DNA from: Chlorokybus atmophyticus
Taxonomy: Eukaryota > Plantae > Mesostigma and Chlorokybus algae
Assembly: GCA_009103225.1 (NCBI GenBank)
Contig: RHPI01003156.1
Coordinates: 1,112,159 to 1,176,158 of the forward strand
Direction of reading: 5' to 3'
Length of the DNA: 64,000 nucleotides
Below are positions 1 through 10,589 of the stretch, piece by piece. The notes under the pieces were generated by a model, which saw only the letters and a program-made list of their open reading frames with translations, had not been told where the DNA came from and searched no databases. A program made the position numbers and the translations under genes. Position 1 is the stretch's first letter. Each line of letters begins with the position of its first letter.

Positions 1-3000
1 AGCTAAGGTTTTAAAATACGACGGACCCCACGTTTAAAAGCGACAGCTCTGGCAAATGAAAAAAAGGCGGTAAGACTCTTTTTCAAACGAGAAACGGTGC
101 CAGCTCTGGAAATAAGGGCGGTGCCATTTGCCAGAATTCCGGCGCTGGTGACTTGAGGGCGGTTAGTTTTGACGGCGGCAAAATAATGAGCAGCCCATCT
201 ACAAGATATTTTTGTAGATTATCTTTTTGGAATTAACTAAATTCGCTAGCGTTTATCCACATTATTTTCAGTTTTTAAGTATAACTTGAACAGTTTAAAT
301 ACATTGATGTTGGCCATAAGTGATGCTCGTTGTGCATAACTGCAGCGCTGGCTTAGCATGGCCAATAAATGCAGATTAACTCGAGGGTGTGAGGCTCTTG
401 CCAAATCCCTTGCTAACTTTGTAAACAATAATTGATCAAGAGGTTTTCACTCTCGGCCACGAGAGTTAACAAAGTTAAGCTGTGACGAATAATTTTCAGC
501 GCTTGGGCATGCTGCCGAGAGGCTAAATGAAAAAGTAATAATTGTAAGCTATCGTTAATAGTTTGAGCCTGCAAAATGTCGTTGGCGCTCATGCTGGCAA
601 TAAACAATTCAGCTTAACCATGCGCGATTAATGTCGGCGTCAAAAACTACTTATTGGCTGGTTCTTTTGTTTTCCTGAGGCGAAGATAACTGACTATGCG
701 GTATCAATGCTTGCCGCTGTTGACTGTCGTGCTTTCGTAGCATTAAATAAGGCCCCCCCAAAAAAAGGCTGGCGTGGCAGTTAACAGCAGCCAACGCGGA
801 TCTTGCTGCCAAGCCCAACTGCCATCGGCTTGAGGCACAAAGCTCAAGTGGTAGCGTTGATTCTACAGACGTTATCCCCGCAGCGGTTTATCGCATGTAT
901 AAAGTACCGGTCTTATCAACAAACCTTAATACCATTTGCAAGAGCGCCGGAAAAATGTTGAGGTGTGGCTAAACTTGAAGATTTTTTATCGCCTCAAAAG
1001 GGAGGCTCGGTGGCATCTTGATGGGGGCGCGCAATATAGTGAATTGTTTTTTGAGTTGCTGCTTGTATGGCTTCTTGCAACTTAGCTTTGAAAAGAATTT
1101 CTTGGTGTAGGTTTAACGCTGCAATAGCGGAGAGTTGTTTCCGTTGTAGTCCTTTGGCTATGGCACGTTATGGTTGCCAAGACCATTGTTAAAAATAATA
1201 ATGGTTGATGTTAACATAGAGGGCATTAGCGGAATATTATAGGCATATTCTTTCATGATTTTATGGCGCAGTTGTTGCAATAAAATTTTGCTCAGCTTAT
1301 GAATAAAAAAATTAGTGAAGCATTTCCATCCTCAAGAGCCAGAACGTTGACCAGTGTGCCAAGCTGCTGGAGTATCAATACAAGGTTGCGCTTGACCACA
1401 ATACCTTGGCAATAGTTTACTGTATAATGTTGTGGCGCCATTTGTTGCGGTCGGCAAAATAGCAAGAGAAATAAGTTAAAACAAAAATGAGTTTGGTTGC
1501 AAATCATGAAGAGTTTTTGCATCAATATTACCCCGAGCTATGACCCAAGCATTTTTGTTTTTGGTGGTTCTGAAGTGCGCATTGTGGGAAACCATTGTAA
1601 TTGAGGGGGAGGTTACCTCATCCCTCAAGGGTACACCATACAACGAGGTGGAGCCGGTATAATGGGAGATCAACAACTCCGTACTGCGCGCATACGACTA
1701 GAAGTCACGCTGCACAGGTTGGAGGGCAGTGCATAAAGAGAGATGATGGGGATGCGAGAGGGCAGCGCAGCTCGAGCATGGATAGTGACATGGCTCGTCG
1801 CCAATAACCCTGCCGTCCCCATGTTTGCCTATGGCATTACAGCATTATTGTTGGGGGCGTTCATCCGTTCGCTACGACAAGCATATGATGAAGTTTCCAC
1901 CACTGCTCCAGACACCTTAGAGGGAGTGCAGGAGGCAATGCTACGTCTTCTAGGAATAGAAACAGCACGATAGCGTTGGCGCATCGCCATCGCTAATGAA
2001 CTACACACGCAGCAAACAGACCTTTAACACACCATACGTGCACGCGCCATAACGGTGCTCGATGTGGGTGTGGTGCAAGGAAGGGGGGACGCCTACATGG
2101 CATGGATCTTGCGGGTCTTCACCATCACCCACGACATGCGGTGACAGCTGCTACGCGCAATGTACTCGCAGCCCATGCCGCAATATCACCACTTGATCGA
2201 TGTAAACACGAAGCCCACGGCCACATGGGAAGGGACGTTGGTCAGAAAGGCAGCTCATGCTATCCGATGGGTCTACGCCGCAGAGCAAGCTGAACGAGAG
2301 GCAGGCCCACAAACACCGGGTCCACCGGGCTTCCCTCCCCATCCATTGGGGACACCCACGGGCATAATCCCATCCTCCCAAAGGCGGCATCCGCCATCAC
2401 CTCCACCATAGCCAGCACCAGGACCCCCAGCTCCAAGACCTCCCCGCGTCGCGTATGAACCCCCACGACAGGGTCGGTTTGGCAGAGGGAGAGAAAGAGG
2501 AGGAGGTCCTCAACACCCAGCAGGTAGAGCAGCCTTAGAGTAGAGAAGCCCTAAGTAGCTGCAATGCGCTCATCACCCTCAGCTTAGAGAAATGAGGCAC
2601 AGCTGCCGGCAGCCCGCACAAAGAGGCTGCGTATTAACGCCAACGCTGCCATGGTCGCCAACCAATGCAAGCACATGACCATCAACGGCCTGGCACCCAA
2701 GTGTTTAATGCTGGACAACAAAGCACAGCCTGTCATCATCGGGCATTTCCTTGCTCGGTCCCTCCGCCATCGCCAGCTCGGACTTGATGCCATGTTCGTA
2801 TGTGTTGGACACCGCTACAAGTGGTCGCGACAAGATGATGGGGGTCACCAAGGAGGCCTTCTGCATTTGGTTGACATGGTTCGATCCAACCCACAGAGAT
2901 TGTACAACAATGTGTGGCCACTAATGCCGGCTCCTTCGATTTTATGCTTTGGCAGGAGTTTAACGTTCTCGTAGGCATGGGCCTTGACTGCTTGACCGAG

Positions 3001-3424
3001 CGGGCTTGGTTCCAACCACATTGGGACGAAGACGATGGAGAGATGCACAGCTACCTGCCTCTCGAGTTCGTATCGCGTACACGCGCCCAACGCAAAGTGG
3101 CTGCAGCCACTCGCAACCATGTGCGCATTAGGGTAACTGTAGCAGCCACATACGTCAGCGCTCGCACCAGAGTTGCTGCCGTTGCCACAGCTCCTTGCCG
3201 CATCGACGACTCCTCTCTTATCCCATACCATGACGAGCATGAGGATGCCACTATCGAGGCGGCATTGCAAGACGGGCGAACGCCGTTGGCGTGCATATGT
3301 GGACGCGCATCTCTTGCTGACCCAACCACTAATTACCTTGCGCTTCCACAACTACAAGGGACATGGCAAGGTTCAAGATCACCACATGGCCATTAGGGTG
3401 GTGGAGTTCCACACATTCAGGGGA

Positions 3425-4490
3425 CAGCAGGGCATCACCGTGTAGGAACTGTTCGGAGGCATGGGCAGTGGCCTCGCTTCTGTTCTCAACAAGGGTCAAG
3501 GTCACCAAGTACTATTGGTGTGACCCCGACCCGAACGCGCAAACAGCCCTCATAACCACCTACACCAGCTGCACGAAAGCCATCCACAGCAGCTGCCACT
3601 GTCACGGCATTACAAGGCAGCCTCAAGGCATTGCCGCAAGACATCCGGCTGACCACCAAAGACCATCTGCTGTCCCTTGGCGACATTGACTTGTTAATAG
3701 CTGGGAGGGAGTGCCAAGGGCACTGTAGAGCAGGACAAGGTCAAGGCCTTGACAACCCTCGCTCAGGAGTGTTTTGGAAGTTGATGAGAATCATCAATTT
3801 CCTCTAGCAGCACCAGAACGCTAGGCAGCTTGGGTATATCATTGAGAATGTGCACTCGGAGGACGACAAGCGTTAACACGTGGCTTCCTACCGACAAGTG
3901 TGCTCCAATCTGGGGCACCCACTCAAGGTGAACGCAGCACGCCATGGCTCGCGTGCACATCATGTACACGCTAAGTGGACAAACTTGGCCACCACAAAGG
4001 AGCTCATGAGCGCGGAGTACACATGCAGCGCACGACCACGAGGCCTGTTGGTCGACGACATCCTTGACCCTGGTCGGAAAGCCCAGCCTGTTACGTGCCA
4101 TGATCACAATCACTTATACCAGTGCAACCAACCTGACCAACCACGTCGCGCACTATCCACCTTGGTGTCCTACCCGGGCTATGCAAGTTTGGAGTGGGGA
4201 TAATGGCATGGTGTTTAACAAGACAACATGCAAGCTACTTGGGCGCGCAACGGACCAAAACAGCATGGTCTGGCTGCTGGGCCCGGGCTATGCATTTCCA
4301 AAATGGGGATACCAGCATGGTATTCAACGAGACAACATGCAAGCTAGAACAATCCAATGCACGCGAGCACGAACGCGCCATGGGCTTCTTTCCCAACGGT
4401 ATCACAGAGGCACCACCAACAGACAGTTAGCGATGCCATCTATTGGGCCGCGTCACAGACCAAAACAGCATGGTCTGGCTACTGGAGCTG
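3425..4490 (+). pseudogene. C5 cytosine DNA methyltransferase domain inside the Gypsy pol region (broken by stops and frameshifts)
   Basis: Motifs in canonical order. I: V*ELFGGMGSG (3440-3472). II: YYWCDPDPNA. III: LPQDI. IV: DLLIAGRECQGHCRAG (Cys codon 3712-3714). V: GLDNPRSGVF. VI: YIIENV (ENV 3844-3852). VIII: NAARHGSRAHHVHAKWTNL. IX/X-like: ERAMGF...LLGRVTDQNSM. Confidence 0.88.
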
Positions 4491-4780
4491 AGCTTTGCAT
4501 GGCATGACCCCCATGTGTCCTTCGAGAATCTCGAACACTTGGCTGGGGGGTGGGCTGATTGCGTTGCCGACACTAAAGTAGCTCACACAGCCCTTGAGGT
4601 GGTACGCATGGAGGAGCAAGCAGCAGTAACAGTGGACGAAACTCCCGTGGTTGTCAACGCAACTTCATGAGACCATGCCATTGGCCCTCTTGCCACAGAA
4701 GACACACGAGAGAAGTCGGAGGCTCTCCTCATCAAATGGAGGAGCCAATTCAGCTTCAACGTAAGGAGTTGGGTACATGC

Positions 4781-5285
4781 TGTCACGAATTGGGATAAAT
4801 TGTGACAGACGTCACTCATGGTAGTGTCTTTTACTACCATAGCCTAGTGGTCGGGCCCCAATTGTTACAATGGTAACGGAGCTTGACATTTTAGGTTCAA
4901 TTCCCGTAGGGGACTGAGGCAGATCCAAGGCAGAAACATAAACATTTGGGGCGGCTTGCCCTAGGCTGGGCGCAGGATTACGACTTGCGCGCTGAGCCAG
5001 TTCAACCTAAGGCCGCGTGAGCGGTCGCGCTGCGATGGCAGGTCACGCGGTGAGGATGGCCGTTCATTCGGCCAGGACCGTTCCTGGGCCGGATCCAACA
5101 GGCCGCGGGCAGACTAATCGTGGTACTGCCGCAAACACGGCAACGTGGGCTAGTGCCTTATTGAATTATGAGAAACTCATGGGAAATTGGGGAAAAATGT
5201 CACGAACTGGGATAAATTGCGACAGACCTCACTCATGGTAATGTCTTTTACTACATAGCCTAGTAGTCGGGCCCCAATTGTTATA
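4781..5285 (+). mobile_element. TRIM (miniature LTR retrotransposon) nested in the Gypsy pol gene
   Basis: Direct repeats 4781-4869 and 5198-5285 (89/88 bp, TGT...ACA / TGT...ATA). Perfect 5-bp TSD CATGC (4776-4780, 5286-5290). PBS-like TGGTAACGGAGC at 4871. PPT GGGAAATTGGGGAAAAA before LTR2. Removing it restores the pol frame ELGTCSVYQMDIKLVDTKLVFRQQYRL. Confidence 0.92.
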
Positions 5286-8228
5286 CATGCTCAGTTTACC
5301 AAATGGATATCAAGCTGGTGGACACGAAACTGGTGTTCCGACAGCAATACAGACTCCAAGTTGGAATACAGACTCCAAGTTGAAAGAAGACCTTGTGAAG
5401 CAGAGACGTAAGGCTCTGCTAGATGCAGGCCTTATTCAAGGAATCCACATCGGACTTTACAGCGGCAACCGTCATGCCGTTGAAAGAGGGTTCGGCAGGC
5501 AATTGGACAGAATGGCGCATGTGCGGCGACCTTCGCCCCCTCAACAACAAAACCAAGCAAGATAGGTACCCCATGCCAAAAGCACAGGGTAGCTTCGATG
5601 ATGTGGGAGACTGCACGGTCTTTAGCATCTTTGACATGCGTTAAGGCAACCAAATGGCCATTAGGGACGAGGACAAGAACAAGACCTCCTTTTTGGGCAA
5701 CCAACAGCTATACCAATAAAGGGTGATGCCGTTCGGGCTGAAGAATGCCCTTGCCAAGTTTCAATGCGTCATGGACAAAGCCTTAAAGGGGCTGAATTTG
5801 AGCGGTGCTACATCGACGACATCCTCATCTTCAGTTGCAGCAATAATGAGCATCTCCAGCATATCGAAGCAGTATGGAACGGCTAAGGGGAGTGGGGTTG
5901 ACTGCACACCCTGACAAGTGTACTTTCTCCACCCACCATATGCCATACTTAGGGCACATGATTGTGCCCCATGGTGTGTATGTGCAGCAGGCAAAAGTGG
6001 AGGCTCCGGCAGCTATCCCTACTCCAACGGGCCTCACACGCTTTTGCGCCTTCTTGGGCCTTGCCACTACTATCCGATTCGTAAAGGACTGCGCTAAGAT
6101 TGCGAGGCCTCTTAACGAGCTACTGAAGAAGGAAGTAGAGTTCGCGTAGAAAGAGCCACAACAACAGTCAACAGGCCTTCGAGGAATCGAAGAGCAGGCT
6201 CACCACAGCCCCCATCCTTTGATGCCCTGCCTACACCAAGCCTTTCATCCTTCACACCGACTGGAGTAAGCTCGGGATTGGAGCCGTGCTGATACACGAT
6301 GAAAAGAGCGAGTGGTGTTATACGCCAGCCGAAGCAACAACAGCGCGGAAGCCAACTACAGCAGCTACGAGGGAGAGTGCCTCGCTGCAGTGTGGGCTAT
6401 CTCCATCTATCGGCCCTTCCTCTTCGGCCGACAGATTGCGTTGCTCACCGATTATCAGCCACTCACAGTGGTTGATGACCAACCAACACCTGACAAGGAA
6501 ACTTGCTAGCTAGGTCTTGCTATTGCAAGAGTATGACTTTGGAATCGACCACCGCGTTGTTCTTACCAACCAAAATGCCAATGGATCAAGTCGTAACCCT
6601 CACCTCAGCATCAATGATGCAGCCGGAGCTCGGCATAAGCTCGGCCCTGCAACATCAGCTCCTGTAGTGGCTGCCATGTTTGCTGCCGCCGCATTACACT
6701 CAGAGCGCATCGACAACACCACTGCCACAGCAATAGCTAAGGAAATGTCTGCTCTGCAGCCGACCGGCCCCGTAGTGAACACACCCGTCAGGGATACTCG
6801 CGTTGTCAACATCGAGGTCGATGTCATAGAGCTGGCTCTTACCGACACCAGGCAGGTGGCTGAACAAGCCATCCCTCTCCTTCCTGCAAAGTGGCCAGCT
6901 TCCCGCAACCATAAGTGCGCGTAAGAAAGACCGCGTTAATCAACGCACACAGCACTGTTGCTGGGCAGATGACAAGCTGTTTCGCCGCCTCCATGGTGAA
7001 GACAAGGAGGTGCCGATAGCAGCCATACGTGAGGGCATCATCGCTGCCCTTCACACGAAACTTGAACATCTTGGTGTCAAGCGAACAGTCAGCCTTGTAA
7101 GATCACCATATTGGTGGCATGGGTGGTACAAGCAAATGCAGGGGTTTGTACGTCACTGCCAGCAATGTGACATGGTGCGCGCTAGCCTCAACACGCGCAG
7201 CGCCACGTTGCACCCTCTGCCCATCTCCGGTCTATCCCATTAATGGGGGCTCGAAAACTTGGAAGACTTGTCACCCTCGGCACGCGGCAACCGCTACATG
7301 CTTGTAATAATCGAGCACTTCTCCAAGTGGGTGGAGGTGATGCCACCGCCCGACAAGAGCAGCAGGGGGGTGTCTAAAGGCTTCCTCTCGCATGTCATCA
7401 GCCGGCTCGGCAGCTGCGCTGAGGTCATCACCGACCAAGGCACTGAGTTCAGAGGAGAGTTCGACACCCTCTTGAACAGGTGCTACACTGATTATCGTCA
7501 TACCTTGCGTGACCACCTCAAAGCTAATGGTCTCGCCGAGCGCATAATGCAGACCATTAAAAAGGCATTGCGCAAGTATGTGCTAGAGTATGAGACGAAC
7601 ACCTAGAATAACCACCTCCCATGGGTGACCCTCAAATACCAGCTGTAAAAGCAAGCAGCTCTGCGCGAGTACAGCCCTTATTACTTGCTGTTCACGCGAC
7701 CGCCGTTGCTTCCCTTTTACGCACCGCAGTAGGTGGATCGTGTGATAAATAACCTCGATGACCCCAACCAGATGCACCACGACAATGCCAAGCGCGCGAC
7801 ACTGTTTGAGCGCACCGTCCCCATGGCCTTTAACAATATGCGCATTGCGCATCACCGCAACACGCTGCGCTACGAGCACGTGCGTTGTGGCTTCCACAAG
7901 GAGCGTCAACGGGGTTTTTAAGCAAGGGATATTGCCTACCGCATGGAGGTCAGGAACACATTCGACACCTCCATTAGCCGCACTGTCTACAAGGTACTGA
8001 AGGTGTACTGTAACAAACCACTAGGCTACAAAAGCACGAAGCGTTTTGTGGCCATTGCGGCGTTAATATTCAGTTGTCCGTGACATGTACCCCACAGGGA
8101 TGCTGGACCTCCTCGGCCAGAACGGCCAGAGGTTGAAGGATGATATGGTAAACTGCGCGCCATGTCACCTACCTTGCGTAGCTGACTTCGGGCGCATAAA
8201 GCATTCTCGCCACGCCAATAGCACGCGT

Positions 8229-8363
8229 TGTGAGCGTTGCGACAACGCGAACGACGACCCGCTCATGATGCTTTGCGATGGCTGTAACAAAGGGCTGCAC
8301 AGCTACTGTCTGGAGCCCCTTTTAGATGAGGTACCGATGGAGGAGTATTGGTATGATGACTGC
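8229..8363 (+). pseudogene. PHD finger at the C-terminus of the Gypsy integrase region
   Basis: CERC...MMLCDGCNKGLHSYCLEPLLDEVPMEEYWYDDC matches C4HC3 PHD spacing, with the seventh Cys lost. Confidence 0.85.
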
Positions 8364-8517
8364 CGCACCAACGGACCTCCACACTTGCGCTAGAAGCTGA
8401 GCTCTGAAGCTGGAACCTTCCAAGAAGCTCAAGGGTGGCTTGTTGAGACTGTGCCCTACAGCACAAATTGTATGCTATGGTGGAGCACAACTCTCCAAGT
8501 CTGTATCACTCAACAGT

Positions 8518-8905
8518 TGTCACAGCCCACTCGACCATAAAAGACTTGGTGCTTTTATGGTCGATTTGTGGTTATATGATGTACCTTCCCGTTACATTCC
8601 CCCCCACTTTAAAACGCTGACATCCTCGGCTGCGACAGGCAGGTCGCGTTCTGCTGCGCCGTCTGAACTGGTTAGTCCGACGCAACTGCCATTCAAAAAG
8701 TCGCGACCTATTAATGATGGCACTTATGAAGTGACCGTTTACGATGTTACTGGATTGAGAAACAACGACCGCGGAATTCGCGTGTAAGGCAGGAATTGAA
8801 CCCGGGTCTCAAGCTCCGATGACCAATGTCACAGCCCACTCGACCATAAAAGACTTGGTGCTTTTTTGGTCGATTTATGGTTATACAATTTACCTTCCCG
8901 TTGCA
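8518..8905 (-). mobile_element. Second TRIM, inserted in the 3' region of the Gypsy element in the opposite orientation
   Basis: 79-bp direct repeats 8518-8596 and 8827-8905 (TGT...ACA / TGT...GCA). TSD ACAGT/ACATT (4 of 5). On the minus strand, PBS-like TGGTCATCGGAGC lies next to 8827 and PPT AAAGTGGGGGGGAA lies next to 8596. Confidence 0.88.
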
Positions 8906-10589
8906 ACATTGGACAAGCTCCACCAAGCACTTGTCCCTTATTCAGAGCTGGGCTATCTCTCACTTTCACCGACATGCCATGACATGCTGCAGTAGCATGT
9001 TTAGCAAGCATGTCTTCTCCGGCAGCTATCCGATACAGCATGACCCTCAACTCTCCTCGGCCCGACAGCTGTCATGCCAATTGTCTTCACATGCCAGCCT
9101 ACATCGAGCATGCTCACATTAAGACCCTCGCCCGGCCTATCAGCATGAAGATCCCCGCGCGTCACTGACCAGTAGCTTGGTCATGACTCTATACTAGCTC
9201 ATGACTATAGCCTTCATGAGCACCGCGCGTAGCTGTTCAGTTGTGGGTTCAGTCATGAGTTGTGTTCTGTATGAAGGGGAGGGGGGGGGTCTTTGGGAAA
9301 TAGCCTCGATATGACCGTTAGCTTATGTTCTGAACAAGCATGATGTTACTTGTACTTAAGTAGTCACAGTGTTCACCGGATCAGCTGGTGACATTGTGTG
9401 TGAGAAAGCGAAGAGCTTGTAAAGCGACTTGAACTACGAAACGCGCCGTCCCGGTTCTTAAGAATCCTCTCACCGTGTGAAAGCCTGGGCATGCTCTTGT
9501 GCATTGTGCTTGTCATTGCTGTGAGCTTGGCGTGCTTGGTTGCGGTATGCTTGTTGGCATCAGTTAGGGCATAGCATCCACGTGTTGCTTGCACATTCAC
9601 CTCACTTAAACGGAGTAACAGTGTAACATATTTTCCACTCATGCAAAGAGCTGTGTAAACAGCGCTGCATATATGAGTGGCTTGTTGACTGTGTGCCCTA
9701 CATCACAGCTATTACCTTTTATTGTACTTTAAAATGACAAATCATTGGAGAGACGATTTTACGCATTGACTTCTTACTATCAACAACTCCATTGCAACAA
9801 GTTCAATGACGGCGTGTAACTTGAACCTTACAAGACATATATGCTGAGATTTTTGCAGCTGTACAGCCGAACTACATAATGTATGTACTATAGTGAAGGC
9901 CCCCTTTGCAAAGCTCCCCTCGGCAAAAACGGGTGAGAGCTGAAGTGTAACTTGAAAAGTTACCAAAAAGACAGACATGTTGAGGTTTGTACAGATGTAC
10001 AGCCCAACTACCTAACATATCACTAACAGTAGAGTTGCTAGCAGCAAACTCGAGTAGAAAAACAGCGGAGTGCAAGCCATTTGCAAAACAAACACGCGGC
10101 AAGAATGTTTAGCAACTGGGGGCCAAGGTATTGCTGTATGTACTCTAGTGAAGGCCCCCTTTACAAAGCTTCCCGCAAGAAGGGCTGAGGGGGCTTGATG
10201 TGCTCATTTATAGGCAATTGTTTCCCTCAATAGAGCCCCCCCTAGCAAAGGGGAAAGGGGGGCTGCAAGATAAGAAGGTGGCTTCATCATAGTACAGACA
10301 TTATTGACAATCAACACCAATGGCAAAGCAACAAGTGTGAATACGCATGCCATACGTATGACACCACAATTGCTGGTGAAAAATTTAAGACAACCTGCAG
10401 CATCATAGCTGTACCCATGTACATTGGTGTAGGCTGATACATGGCATGAAGTCTCTGCATGCCACCACAGGCTGCAGCAAGACCAAATCCAGTACCAATA
10501 GATGATGGTTGCAGAATTGTATCTACGGGCTACAAAAATAATATACATCGATGTTGAGTACAGTACAGATAGCTGCAATCCAGCATACG

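Larger units (their letters stand above)
1605..9290 (+). mobile_element. Decayed Ty3/Gypsy LTR retrotransposon (gag-PR-DNMT-RT-RH-INT-PHD); LTRs not resolved
   Basis: Frameshifted or stop-interrupted segments in Gypsy order. Protease-like LMLDNKAQPVIIG (~2715). RT: WRMCGDLRPLNNKT, MPFGLKNA, YIDD at 5809-5820. RNase H: LHTDWSKLGIGAVL, NYSSYEGECLAAVWA. Integrase: HHCC-like HTKLEHLG...CQQCD, then VITDQGTEF and NGLAERIMQTIKKAL. Candidate polypurine tract at ~9272-9289. Boundaries approximate. Confidence 0.92.

Noticed and set aside
840-1600. Reading the minus strand as a second, degenerate Gypsy integrase (EYAYN, AWVIARG, TLVNVL look-alikes)
   Set aside because: The look-alike motifs fall in different frames, no DDE residues or HHCC motif can be placed, and the composition differs from the neighbouring Gypsy element. 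Left unassigned.
3805-3807. In-frame TAG in the DNMT as evidence for TAR=Gln recoding (as in some ulvophytes)
   Set aside because: Host genes end in TAG/TAA (UBC12, malic enzyme, PPD5) and have no internal TAR codons. The element also has frameshifts, so this is decay.
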